A stretch of DNA of 58,477 nucleotides from Candidatus Kaiserbacteria bacterium RIFCSPHIGHO2_01_FULL_55_37 (GTDB lineage Bacteria; Patescibacteriota; Minisyncoccia; Phycocordibacterales; UBA2100). Below, in pieces: positions 34,418-43,536 of this stretch (positions within the stretch are counted from its first letter, which is position 1; each line of letters begins with the position of its first letter). A model generated the notes under the pieces. That model was given only the letters and a program-made list of their open reading frames with translations. It searched no databases and was not told the origin of the DNA. The position numbers and the translations under genes were made by a program. The DNA lies in contig MFKY01000048.1 of assembly GCA_001781175.1 (NCBI GenBank), forward strand, positions 1 to 58,477, in the 5' to 3' direction.

Positions 34418-36244
34418 TTATTCGACGGTAACTGACTTCGCGAGATTGCGGGGGCGGTCCACATTGAGGCCTTTTTCTTTGGCGAAGTAATAGGCGAACA
34501 GCTGGAGCGGTACGACATTCAGTATCGGCGATAGCATTTCAAGCGTCTCAGGTACGTAGATGACGTCATCGGCAAGTTTTGCTATCTCTTTGTCCCCTTC
34601 TGTCGCGACCGCAATGACCGGCCCTTTGCGCGCTTTTATCTCGTGGATATTGGATATCATTTTTTCATACATGCTGTCCTTCGGCGCGATAGCCATCGTC
34701 GGGAAATTCTCGTCTATCATCGCGATGGGGCCATGCTTCATCTCACCCGCGCCGCAACCTTCGGCGTGGATATAGGAAATTTCCTTGAGCTTGATGGCCC
34801 CCTCATACGCGATGGGATAATTGTATTTGCGACCGATGTACAGAAAATCGCGCGCGTGCGCATATTTCTTGGCCAGCTTCTGTATCTCCTCTTTTGTATC
34901 CAGTATCGCCTGGATTTTTTTCGGGAGCTCCTTGAGCGCGCGGGCAATTTCCTTGCCTTGCGCGGCTGTCATTCCACGCTGCCGTCCGAGGAATATCGTA
35001 AAGAGCGCGAGCGCAGTAAGTTGCGAGAGAAATGCTTTGGTGGAGGCGACGCTTACTTCCGGCCCCGCATGATTGTAAACGCCGGCATCCGTTTCGCGGG
35101 CAATTGTCGAACCGACGGCGTTCACTATGCCGAGCGTGAGCGCTCCGTGCCGTTTACCCTCGCGGACAGCCTCGAGCGTATCAAGTGTTTCTCCCGACTG
35201 GGAGATGGCCAGAACAGCTGTTCGTTCGTTGACAACAGGTTTCTTGTAGCGAAATTCGGAGCCAATCTCGACCTCCACCGGAATGCGGGCGTGTTCTTCG
35301 AGCATATACTCGCCGACCTGCGCCGCGTAGGATGCTGTCCCGCAGGCAACGATAATGATGCGGTCAATCTTTTCCAGCTGCTTCGCGACGGTTTCCAATC
35401 CACCGAGCTTCGCCAATCCTTTTTCGGGAATGAGCCTCCCGCGCAACGTATTTTCTATCACCTCCGGCCCCTCCATAATTTCCTTCAGCATGAAATGTTC
35501 GTAGCCGCCCTTTTGCGCCGCTTCCGCGCTCCAATCGATGTCGGTGGCGTCACGCTTTACCTTTGTCGAATCAAGCTTGAATATTCTGTGTCCGTCGGGC
35601 GAAATGACGGCGACCTCGCCATCTTCGAGAAAGACAACCTTGCGAGTGTGCGGGAGGATGGGCGTTGGGTCCGATGCGATGAAGTGCTCGCCATCGCCGA
35701 GCCCCAATACGATTGGCGAACCCATGCGCGCGGCGATGATGCGGTCCGGTTCTTTCTTGTATTGCAGCGCGATACCGTACGTCCCGCGCACTTCATTGAG
35801 TGCCGCGAGTGCGGCCTTCTCGAAACTTTTCTCGTGCTTCAAGTGTTCTTCAATCAAGTGCGTGAGCACCTCGGTGTCGGTATCCGAGCTGAATGTGTGC
35901 CCCGCCCTTTCGAGCTTTGCCTTTAATTCTTTAAAATTCTCAATGATGCCGTTGTGTACGACCCATATCTCACCGTCGCAACTCCCGTGCGGGTGGGCAT
36001 TCTTTTCGGTCGGCTCGCCGTGCGTTGCCCAGCGCAAATGAGCGATGCCGCTCTTGCCTGCAAAGTCCTTTGGCATTTTCTTGCGGAGTTCCGCGACCGC
36101 TCCAGGCGAACGTACCGAGCCCGATTCCGGCGTAAATATCCCGGCTGAGTCGTATCCGCGATATTCAAGAGAAAGCAGGCCGTCGAGAAGTACTCCGCCC
36201 GCTTCTTTACCTTTGTTGCCGGTGTATGCAAAAATGCCACACAT
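34418..36244 (-). CDS. glmS: Glutamine--fructose-6-phosphate aminotransferase
   Basis: MCGIFAY start, two SIS domains, and a ...AKSVTVE end. Confidence 0.96.
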   Translation of the reverse strand: MCGIFAYTGNKGKEAGGVLLDGLLSLEYRGYDSAGIFTPESGSVRSPGAVAELRKKMPKDFAGKSGIAHLRWATHGEPTEKNAHPHGSCDGEIWVVHNGIIENFKELKAKLERAGHTFSSDTDTEVLTHLIEEHLKHEKSFEKAALAALNEVRGTYGIALQYKKEPDRIIAARMGSPIVLGLGDGEHFIASDPTPILPHTRKVVFLEDGEVAVISPDGHRIFKLDSTKVKRDATDIDWSAEAAQKGGYEHFMLKEIMEGPEVIENTLRGRLIPEKGLAKLGGLETVAKQLEKIDRIIIVACGTASYAAQVGEYMLEEHARIPVEVEIGSEFRYKKPVVNERTAVLAISQSGETLDTLEAVREGKRHGALTLGIVNAVGSTIARETDAGVYNHAGPEVSVASTKAFLSQLTALALFTIFLGRQRGMTAAQGKEIARALKELPKKIQAILDTKEEIQKLAKKYAHARDFLYIGRKYNYPIAYEGAIKLKEISYIHAEGCGAGEMKHGPIAMIDENFPTMAIAPKDSMYEKMISNIHEIKARKGPVIAVATEGDKEIAKLADDVIYVPETLEMLSPILNVVPLQLFAYYFAKEKGLNVDRPRNLAKSVTVE

Positions 36245-36256
36245 TGAGCCACTGTA

Positions 36257-36382
36257 GCACCCCGTTAGAAATTGCGGAAGTTCGGTATTTTCTGTTACGG
36301 AGATACTTTTTGCAAACGTGATTACAGTTGTAAACTCGACGTGCCGTTCGGAAGCGCAGGCTTCCTATTTCTAACGGGGAGC
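36257..36382 (-). repeat. Long-form family-A element: 16-nt inverted arms (15 of 16 match) around ~94 nt in the glmS leader
   Basis: On the plus strand, GCACCCCGTTAGAAAT (36257-36272) pairs with ATTTCTAACGGGGAGC (36367-36382). The arm sequence is the same as in the rnj hairpin. An inner hairpin reads GGAAGC-ctgc-GCTTCC. Confidence 0.75.
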
Positions 36383-36399
36383 ACGTTTGTTTCAAAAAA

Positions 36400-37389
36400 T
36401 TAACGGAGTAGGATGTCGGCAATATCAGCCCGAAAGATGTTGACGGCAGAGTGTATCGAGGCGGCGTCGGGTGGACGCTTTGGGTACGTACGATTCGAGA
36501 GAACGACGAACGCGACCCCGTGTTCGGGGTCAACGGCGACCGACGTTCCCGTAAAGCCCGTTTTGCCGAAAGCGCCAGTGCCGAAGTGAGAGCCCATAAA
36601 CCACGGTTCAGCTTTCTGCCAGCCCCAATGTTTCCTCGCGCCGCCCATCACTGCCGGAAGCTTGCCTTGGAGTAATGCTTCGAGAAAATTGAGTGTATCG
36701 GGTGCGGTCGAGAATAATCCGGCGTGGCCGACGGCGCGATGCCGGGCAGAGAATACGCGCGCGCTTTCGTCGTGAACGACGCCGCAAACCTCTTGGCCGC
36801 CAACAACTTCAGTCGGGGGAATCCGTGAAATATCCGCGGAAAAAAACGTCGTGTCCTTCATGCCAAGTGACCCGAAGAAATATTTCCGCGCGAGAGCATC
36901 GAGCGTGTCGCCTGTCACCCGTTCGAGAACAACGCCGAGTAAGAATGCCGGAATGTTCGTATACAAATGTTTCCCGGGCGGACCATCAAATCCGCGCTCA
37001 AACACGTGCGAAAGCACCTCATCGGGCGTCTTATCTTTCAGCGTCGAGAGCTGCGGCCCGCGGACGCGATAGGTCAGCAAATTTTCGATGGTCGCGCCAT
37101 AGTCATTCTTCAGCTCCGGCAAATATTTCACTACTTTATCCGCGGGCCGCAATTTCCCCTCTCCCATCAACGTGAGCGCGAGCGATGCCGTGGGGATGGA
37201 CTTGGTTATAGAGGCGAGGTCGTAGACCGTGTCTTCGCAAACCACCGGAGAATCCAACTCATACGTAAAACGCCCGAACGGCGAAATCTCGCGTTCCCCA
37301 CCGGCACGAACAACGCCGATAACGCAGCCGGGAAATACTTTTTCCTGTATTGCACGGAGAGAGCTCTCCGCTATCGTTTCTTGTATCAT
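36400..37389 (-). CDS. Serine hydrolase, beta-lactamase/PBP4*-like family
   Basis: S-x-x-K motif in DLASITKSIP, with class C-like overall length and pattern. Confidence 0.85.
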   Translation of the reverse strand: MIQETIAESSLRAIQEKVFPGCVIGVVRAGGEREISPFGRFTYELDSPVVCEDTVYDLASITKSIPTASLALTLMGEGKLRPADKVVKYLPELKNDYGATIENLLTYRVRGPQLSTLKDKTPDEVLSHVFERGFDGPPGKHLYTNIPAFLLGVVLERVTGDTLDALARKYFFGSLGMKDTTFFSADISRIPPTEVVGGQEVCGVVHDESARVFSARHRAVGHAGLFSTAPDTLNFLEALLQGKLPAVMGGARKHWGWQKAEPWFMGSHFGTGAFGKTGFTGTSVAVDPEHGVAFVVLSNRTYPKRPPDAASIHSAVNIFRADIADILLR

Positions 37390-38225
37390 TGTGGCGTCAA
37401 ACGATAGAGTATTACTTTGAGTTTCATATTGCCGATCGTATCCACGACCATTTCTTTTTCATCGGCAATCTCGATTGCATATCCGTATTTAGCTGCTTCA
37501 CCTCGAATAATATCGTGCCGTACCATTTCGCTCGCCCCTAACAATATCTCTCCTTGCGGGTTGAGATGGTCGCGTCCCTCCCGTATGAATCTTCGCAGCG
37601 CCTCATACTGCTTATCGAGTCCCGCTCGAAGTTGCATGACTTTTTCCGGTGTTATTGGCATGTCGTGCTGCTTTAGTATTTCTTCGATATCTTGATCAGG
37701 AGCATTCCATGGAAAATTCCAAAACAGGATGTCGAACTTCTCGTCCTTGCCAACTCCTGAAAACACATTGCCTTCCCGTACGCTGAAAAAGGGCTCTTTC
37801 AAGGCATATTGTTCGGCATTGGTCTTACAGTTGTCGACAGCTAGCGGCGAGATATCAGTCGCAACTACTCGGGTCGGCTCGCCGTGCTGTGCGACGTATA
37901 TCGCAGCAATTCCCGTACCTGTGCCCATATCGAGAAACGATTTTCCACGTGACTGAGCAGCAATATATGTCGGCCACGCCAATCCGATGTTGACATGTTC
38001 AGGAGAGTACACATATTTCTTGATGATGAAGTGATCAAGCCCTGGTAGGTCGACGACAATTTGTCCGCGCTCGGCGAAACGCGGGTCATTCTCCTGTCCG
38101 TCGTACATTCTTATAACGTACTCAAGAAATTGCCTTCGATTCTCATCTATCGGCGGATACTCGTAGCCATCATCGTTCGGCTTATTTTGAGGAGGATGGA
38201 ACCTCTGTAACCCATCGAGCATCAT
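37386..38225 (-). CDS. Class I SAM-dependent methyltransferase (HemK/RsmC-like, NFPW motif)
   Basis: FLDMGTGTGIAAIY (motif I), VVATDIS, and FDILFWNFPW, an NPPY-like motif IV. Start placed at MMLDG. The upstream part of the ORF overlaps the ghost tail. Confidence 0.75.
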   Translation of the reverse strand: MMLDGLQRFHPPQNKPNDDGYEYPPIDENRRQFLEYVIRMYDGQENDPRFAERGQIVVDLPGLDHFIIKKYVYSPEHVNIGLAWPTYIAAQSRGKSFLDMGTGTGIAAIYVAQHGEPTRVVATDISPLAVDNCKTNAEQYALKEPFFSVREGNVFSGVGKDEKFDILFWNFPWNAPDQDIEEILKQHDMPITPEKVMQLRAGLDKQYEALRRFIREGRDHLNPQGEILLGASEMVRHDIIRGEAAKYGYAIEIADEKEMVVDTIGNMKLKVILYRLTPQ

Positions 38226-38227
38226 AG

Positions 38228-38324
38228 CTACGCGTCCGGGTAGGCATCCTTTATCTCTTTTGCGAGGTATGGATTCCACCCCGCAGTGAAGCAAAGCTTA
38301 CTACGGGGCAGGCATGGCACCCGT
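38228..38324 (-). other. Short-form family-B hairpin plus ghost (recoded) copy of the DHOD-like C-terminal 16 codons
   Basis: Read on the minus strand: TAA, 16 nt, CCCCGTAGTAAGC-ttt-GCTTCACTGCGGGG, then TGG AAT CCA TAC CTC GCA AAA GAG ATA AAG GAT GCC TAC CCG GAC GCG TAG = WNPYLAKEIKDAYPDA*. The ghost stop is 2 nt from the methyltransferase ATG. Confidence 0.8.
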
Positions 38325-39401
38325 TTATGCGTCTGGGTATGCATCTTTGATTTCCTTAGCCAAATAAGGATTCCACATGGCTCCGGTCGCCGTCATAACG
38401 ACATCGGCACCCGCTTCGCGGTACTCTTTGAAATCTTTTGGGGTGACCACACCGCCGACGCCGACTATCTTCCACGTGCCGCCGGTCTTCGTGCGGACCG
38501 CGGCAAGGCGGCGCGTCATGTCGAGGCCCGCCCACTTGATAGCCGTACCGCACACACCGCTGCGCATACGCATAGGACTGCCCGGCAGTGCCTGCTCCCC
38601 TTTTTCGTTCACGATGGGCGCCGATATTGTGTTGATGGCGGATATCGCATGAGCGTACCTCCCGGCGATTTTTGCGAGGTGTTCGATATCCGCGTCACTG
38701 CTGTAATAGCCGACCTTGAGAATGAGCGGGAGTTTTTTTATCTTCGCGCGTATCGCTTCGCACACACGCTCCGTCATGTGGAGGTTGTAGCAGACCAAGC
38801 CTTCGTTGCCGATGTTGGGACACGAAAGATTTGCCTCAAGGATGGGTGCACCGGTGCGAGCGGCAAGTGCCGCCGCTTGCGCGAAATCCGCGACGAACTC
38901 ATCCGCAGTCTGACCCTCCTTCACCGTGCCCATGAAACTCATCACCATTGCTTGCCCCTTGCGCGCGTACAGGGCGGCCTTCTCGGCGTCTGCGAGCCAC
39001 TCTTCTGCGGGGCGTGACGGAACTCCAAAAGAATTAGTTATCGAAAGCGGCTCCCGGTAGTCCTTGTCGGCGACAAGCGGCTTCTTCGCTTTTTCGAGAG
39101 TGAGGTCGCCGTCGATATGTACCGCGAGCACATTCGGATGCGGATGGCACGGGAATTCATTTGTGCGAACGGTCTTGTACACCGCGATGTCGAATCCTTT
39201 GTCGAAAGCGCCTTTCACGAATTTACTATCGAGCAGTGGCCCCGCCGGGATACCGAGCGGATACGCGAGTCTTTGGCCGAGAAACTCGAAACGTGGATCT
39301 CCCTCGGGCAAAACGACTCCGTCAATAAAACCATTAAAGGGGCCCTTTTCAAGGTTTTCGTAGTAGGACTTTGCGGGGTCGTAGAAAGGGGCTTGTAGCA
39401 T
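38325..39401 (-). CDS. Dihydroorotate dehydrogenase-family flavoenzyme (class 1-like)
   Basis: ANLSCPNIGNEG (active-site loop) and GVGGVVTPKDFKEYREAGADVVMTATG. Confidence 0.75.
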   Translation of the reverse strand: MLQAPFYDPAKSYYENLEKGPFNGFIDGVVLPEGDPRFEFLGQRLAYPLGIPAGPLLDSKFVKGAFDKGFDIAVYKTVRTNEFPCHPHPNVLAVHIDGDLTLEKAKKPLVADKDYREPLSITNSFGVPSRPAEEWLADAEKAALYARKGQAMVMSFMGTVKEGQTADEFVADFAQAAALAARTGAPILEANLSCPNIGNEGLVCYNLHMTERVCEAIRAKIKKLPLILKVGYYSSDADIEHLAKIAGRYAHAISAINTISAPIVNEKGEQALPGSPMRMRSGVCGTAIKWAGLDMTRRLAAVRTKTGGTWKIVGVGGVVTPKDFKEYREAGADVVMTATGAMWNPYLAKEIKDAYPDA

Positions 39402-39539
39402 ACGTTCATATTATCACTCGAAAAGCGCGTTTAAAACCTTCGGATGCTAGGCGCGGAGAAAGCGGCGCGCGAGGCGTACAAGTGTACGGTGAACGCGACG
39501 CAGAGGCTCCGCAACGACGCAGGCGAAGGTTTTGACGCG

Positions 39540-40136
39540 CTATTTCCCGGCGCTGGGTATCTTCTTCCACTTGTTCGCATCCATGTGCCACTGCGATACA
39601 TTGGCTTTTTGCAGCTCATTCCAGAGTTTTTTTGCCGTCTTTGTATAGAGTTTTTTGTCTCGCACGAACTTGCGCATCGCCTTCCACTTGGCCGGCAATT
39701 TATGCCCTTGCTCCTCAAATTCTTTCAGCTCAAGGTCTATGTCGAGATTGTCCGCATCTTTCACAATTTTCGCTTCAATAGAATCGCGCTTCTTATACCG
39801 GGTATGAATAGCCTCAAGATCACCGAACGAAGTTCCGGCAAAAAGATCGTGCGCCGCACGCAGGTCATCGGTCTGCGAATACACTTTGTGGACATATGCG
39901 AGATCGGCCGTGCGCGTCTCCACAAGGTCATGCACAAGCGCCATCTTGATGATGGTGCCTTCATCACCCTTTCCTTCACGACGCGCGATAACGAGTGCCA
40001 AGAAAACGACGCGCATCATGTGCTCGAGATTACTCGCCACCGGTACGCCGAGGTGCTGTACCCAAGCCCGAGGGATATTCCGCATCGAGCCTACCTCAAA
40101 AAGAAATTCGACGTCACGATTCTTTCCGCGTTTCAT
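39540..40136 (-). CDS. HD-domain phosphohydrolase (YfbR-like)
   Basis: NLEHMMRV...ALVHDLVETRTADL. Confidence 0.8.
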   Translation of the reverse strand: MKRGKNRDVEFLFEVGSMRNIPRAWVQHLGVPVASNLEHMMRVVFLALVIARREGKGDEGTIIKMALVHDLVETRTADLAYVHKVYSQTDDLRAAHDLFAGTSFGDLEAIHTRYKKRDSIEAKIVKDADNLDIDLELKEFEEQGHKLPAKWKAMRKFVRDKKLYTKTAKKLWNELQKANVSQWHMDANKWKKIPSAGK

Positions 40137-40175
40137 TTCCGCCAGTATAGGCGCTCTGCCGATTCCTGCAAACGC

Positions 40176-40574
40176 CTACCTGGTCGCGCGCTTTATAGCA
40201 GCCTTCCCCCGTTTGGTCGCCTGTTTTGCCGCACTCTTCACCGACGCGCCGCCTTTCTTCAGTTCGGCTGCTATCTTCTGCCAATTCTTCTTCAGCTCGG
40301 AAGCGGCGCGTTCTACCTCGCCGCGGTCGAGACCACGGATGCCTTTGTAGGCGCGCGCCGATTGTTCAACGATGGCGGCTACCGCCGCACGGTCCACGTT
40401 CTTGAGCGCCTTCGCGCGTTTGACGACATCCCTTTTCATGTCTACCGCCCACTTCGCTGCTACCCGGCGGTTCTTTTTTGCGTCCTTACTTGCATAAAAA
40501 TAGTATCCCACCGCAGCCAAAGCGGCCGCTGCAAGCACACCCTTCGTTAATCGTCCTCTTCCTGTATCCGCCAT
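40176..40574 (-). CDS. Membrane-anchored YtxH-like hypothetical protein
   Basis: 132 aa with a TM helix GVLAAAALAAVGYYFY followed by a Lys/Ala-rich helical region. Confidence 0.5.
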   Translation of the reverse strand: MADTGRGRLTKGVLAAAALAAVGYYFYASKDAKKNRRVAAKWAVDMKRDVVKRAKALKNVDRAAVAAIVEQSARAYKGIRGLDRGEVERAASELKKNWQKIAAELKKGGASVKSAAKQATKRGKAAIKRATR

Positions 40575-40604
40575 ACGTTTTGTTGAGTGAATAAAGCGTC
40601 TGTC

Positions 40605-40910
40605 CTATTTTCCTTTCTTGCCCCAGAAGCGCGCAATCCTGCTCCCAAAGAGACTCAAGACCTGGGAGAATTTGAACCCTTCGCTCTTGATGCGTGCACG
40701 CATCTGCGCAACATCGTTGCGCAAAAGAGCGCTCTCTTCCGAGATGTCGCGTGATATTTCCTCAATATGCCCGAGGATTCGCCACACGCGGAAGAGAATG
40801 AGCGTGACGACGATACCAAGCATAATGACCGCCAATGTGGTTACGATGAAGAAGATATCCATTTTGAGAAAATCGTTCATAGAAGTGGCCGTGCCGCTAT
40901 TGTACGCCAA
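40605..40910 (-). CDS. Small membrane protein (DUF948-like)
   Basis: TM helix IFFIVTTLAVIMLGIVVTLILF followed by a charged helix. Confidence 0.5.
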   Translation of the reverse strand: MAYNSGTATSMNDFLKMDIFFIVTTLAVIMLGIVVTLILFRVWRILGHIEEISRDISEESALLRNDVAQMRARIKSEGFKFSQVLSLFGSRIARFWGKKGK

Positions 40911-40934
40911 AACGGACGCTGTGCACGCCTTCGC

Positions 40935-41105
40935 TTATTTCATCTTCACACCCTTGAATGCGCGACCTTTCTTTTTCATTTGGTCCATAAATTTTCCTGT
41001 CTTTGCGTCCACTTTCGTCCAGCGCTTGTTACGGCCGGAGAGAACTTGCGTGCGCTTTTTCACTTCACCTTTGCGTCCACGCCCCTTGGGACCGTTCTTT
41101 GCCAT
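40935..41105 (-). CDS. Small highly basic protein (56 aa), hypothetical
   Basis: MAKNGPKGRGRKGEVKKRTQVLSGRNKRWTKVD.... Start chosen at MAKNG. Confidence 0.4.
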   Translation of the reverse strand: MAKNGPKGRGRKGEVKKRTQVLSGRNKRWTKVDAKTGKFMDQMKKKGRAFKGVKMK

Positions 41106-41252
41106 ACCAGAATTGTACATTCCTCTCTCACAATGCAAGAGATAGGGCGCAGGGGCTGTGTATAGCCACATTGCATCTACCCGCGCATCGCTTTCCACCT
41201 GACCGTGGAGCGCTATACTGATAACAAGTCATTAGCATTAAAGGTTATTTAT

Positions 41253-41597
41253 ATGGATGAACAACCGCAGGGTCAGCCGCAGGTGCATCAGCCGAAGCCG
41301 GGGCACAAGACGCTCATGGGCGTCCTTTCCTACCTCGGCATTCTCGTTATTATCCCGCTCCTCATGGCGAAGGACGACCCATTTGTGAAGTTCCACATCA
41401 AGCAGGGTCTACTCCTCGTCATCGTTGAGATCGCCGTGTGGGTCCTCGGCAGCTCGATGTGGCAGCTGTGGATGCTCTTGAACCTTGTGAACCTTGCGAC
41501 TTTGGTCTTTTCCATCATCGGCATCGTGAATGTCGTCCAAGGCAATCAAAAAGAGCTTCCGCTCATCGGCGGGCTCGCCAAGAATTTCAGCTTCTAG
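41253..41597 (+). CDS. DUF4870-like membrane protein
   Basis: LSYLGILVIIPLLMAKDDPFVKFHIKQGLLLVI. Confidence 0.65.
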   Translation: MDEQPQGQPQVHQPKPGHKTLMGVLSYLGILVIIPLLMAKDDPFVKFHIKQGLLLVIVEIAVWVLGSSMWQLWMLLNLVNLATLVFSIIGIVNVVQGNQKELPLIGGLAKNFSF

Positions 41598-41604
41598 TCC
41601 GCGC

Positions 41605-42138
41605 TCAGTCGTACACCACAACGACCCGGCGCAGTTCTGCGCGGGTCGTTTTGTGCTCCGGGACCGTCTTTGCTACAAGGTCCCAAAATTTCTTGCCGTG
41701 GTTCATTTCGGCGAGATGGCATAATTCGTGGACGACAATGTAATCCGCGATGTGCGGCGGGAGTACCGCTATTTTGTAGTTGAAGCTCAAATTGCCTTCG
41801 CGCGAGCAGCTTCCCCATCGTGACTTTTGCGCGCGTACTGTTATCTTCTTGAGCGTACATCCGTACGTAGCGGCGAAATGCGCGCAGCGCTCGCTCGCCA
41901 TCACGAGCGCGCGCTTTTTCAGCACTGGTATCTTGTGTCTCCAGACACGTATCACGATGCGTCCGCGCGTTTGCTTGACATGCCTCTCTATCCAATCCGA
42001 ATGTTTGACAACAAATCGTTCTATCGAATCTTGCCCGAAAGCATGCGGCGCCGTCACCACCACTCGCGCATCGGGATGAACCACGAGGCGCATCGTGCGT
42101 GCACGGGTGCTTCGTTTGAGCTGATACGGGATATGCAT
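41605..42138 (-). CDS. YgjP-like (DUF45/M48-related) metal-dependent hydrolase
   Basis: VVHELCHLAEMNHGKKFW. The start at MHIPYQ avoids overlapping the upstream gene. Confidence 0.8.
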   Translation of the reverse strand: MHIPYQLKRSTRARTMRLVVHPDARVVVTAPHAFGQDSIERFVVKHSDWIERHVKQTRGRIVIRVWRHKIPVLKKRALVMASERCAHFAATYGCTLKKITVRAQKSRWGSCSREGNLSFNYKIAVLPPHIADYIVVHELCHLAEMNHGKKFWDLVAKTVPEHKTTRAELRRVVVVYD

Positions 42139-42142
42139 GACA

Positions 42143-43096
42143 TCAAAATATTCCCGATGTGCACTTCGCATCAAGTGCGGCGATGTCTGCTTTTGTGAGC
42201 GCCAAAGTCTTGCCCTCATTTATCTTGTACATAATGGCCTCCGTATCCGCCACGTGCTCGAGCCCGAGCGCATGCCCCATCTCGTGCGAGAGGACACGCA
42301 CGAGGACGTTGTGACTGGAATATTCATAAATATCTATCTTCCGGACGCCCGCAGCACTCTCATACAGTCCCTCCTCAAATTCCCCCTGCAGAGCCCCCGT
42401 CTGATTGTACTGACTCACGTTCAGATTGAGCTGCACGATGAGCTGATTCAAGGTTGTCGCGAGCGCATTCAAAGTATCGATATCGTCGTTCATTCGTGCC
42501 TGTCGCGCATTCACCTGCGCCACCTCCCGTTCGAGCGCTTCCTTCTCTTGTTGAAGTCGCTCATACTCCGGCGCGGGAGCACCGCCCCGCCGGTTCCAAG
42601 ACTCAACTGCGGCGTTGTACGCGGCCTCGCGGCTCTGATATGCGGCTACCAAGCGTTTGAATTGTACTTGTTCCGCCTCCACTCCGGCGGCAAGTGAGTC
42701 GTATCTGGCTTTCAGTGAATCATATGAAGCCCTGCTCCTGTCTATCTGTATACCGGCAACTTTGAGTTTGTCTGTCGCCGCCTGACGGTTGTCGTAGACA
42801 AGGTTGACCGTCACGTCGCCACCGGACTCTTCGTACACAAACAGATCTTTGCCAGACGGCTTTTCCCATATCGCCTCCGCTTCTTTCAGATCGGAAATCA
42901 GAGTGCTTTTTGAAATGCCGAATCGCTTATCCACGGCACCTATGGAGTACGAAATGGTACTCTTGCAGGGGACAAACTCGGCCGTGACCTGTCTGCTTAT
43001 CTGCACTACTTGGTCGCGATAGGTGTAGCCGAAGTATGCGGCACCTCCCAAGACCGCCGTCATCAGGACTACATCAACTACGCGCCGCACCTGCAT
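42143..43096 (-). CDS. Membrane-anchored matrixin-type (metzincin) metalloprotease with coiled-coil insert
   Basis: N-terminal TM helix and LSHEMGHALGLEH (HExxHxxGxxH). Confidence 0.8.
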   Translation of the reverse strand: MQVRRVVDVVLMTAVLGGAAYFGYTYRDQVVQISRQVTAEFVPCKSTISYSIGAVDKRFGISKSTLISDLKEAEAIWEKPSGKDLFVYEESGGDVTVNLVYDNRQAATDKLKVAGIQIDRSRASYDSLKARYDSLAAGVEAEQVQFKRLVAAYQSREAAYNAAVESWNRRGGAPAPEYERLQQEKEALEREVAQVNARQARMNDDIDTLNALATTLNQLIVQLNLNVSQYNQTGALQGEFEEGLYESAAGVRKIDIYEYSSHNVLVRVLSHEMGHALGLEHVADTEAIMYKINEGKTLALTKADIAALDAKCTSGIF

Positions 43097-43121
43097 TACG
43101 CTACTATATCAAACCAGACAG

Positions 43122-43313
43122 TTACTTTTGCCGCACCCAGACGTACAAAATGTATATGAGCGCAATCGCAGCAACATCTACAAAAAAAGTGATGTAATCA
43201 GCAAAAAAGCTCGACCAGTTCGCGCCGACCGCCACTCCGAGAGAGAGTAGCCCTACTTTGAAAACCGCTATTTCAAACCATCGTAATCGCACCGTCTTAA
43301 ATATGTTGAACAT
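43122..43313 (-). CDS. Small two-TM membrane protein, hypothetical
   Basis: MFNIFKTVRLRWFEIAVFKVGLLSLGVAVG.... A TATACT box lies just upstream of the ATG. Confidence 0.5.
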   Translation of the reverse strand: MFNIFKTVRLRWFEIAVFKVGLLSLGVAVGANWSSFFADYITFFVDVAAIALIYILYVWVRQK

Positions 43314-43536
43314 CCGGAGAGTATAGCAGCTGCCGCACCACACAACGTCGCTATCCACATAACATTGGGATCACGGCACAGAAGTGCGCCGTGGTCTTTC
43401 TTAACGGGAGTATTCCCTGCCCTAAACTCGGGCCGCAGTCATTCCCATGTATCCGTGCATGAGTTTACGCCGCCGCCTCTTTTCTTCTTCCGCGCGGTCT
43501 TGCACGGCCTTCGCATGCCCTGCGCCGTTTTTCCCG

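Noticed and set aside
34643-35926. 427-aa plus-strand ORF
   Set aside because: It is antisense to the unmistakable glmS, its sequence is low-complexity and Arg-rich, and it has no motifs.
36257-36382. Integron attC site (GTTAGAA / TTCTAAC resemble the core and inverse core)
   Set aside because: The order of the core-like sequences is the reverse of attC, the last core position does not fit GTTRRRY, and there is no integrase or cassette array.
36245-36399. glmS ribozyme upstream of glmS
   Set aside because: I could not find the conserved ribozyme core segments. The region is instead explained by the CCCCGTTAGAAAT inverted-repeat element.
39444-40550. 368-aa plus-strand ORF
   Set aside because: It runs antisense across the HD-domain and YtxH-like genes, is Arg/Leu/Phe-rich, and has no motifs.
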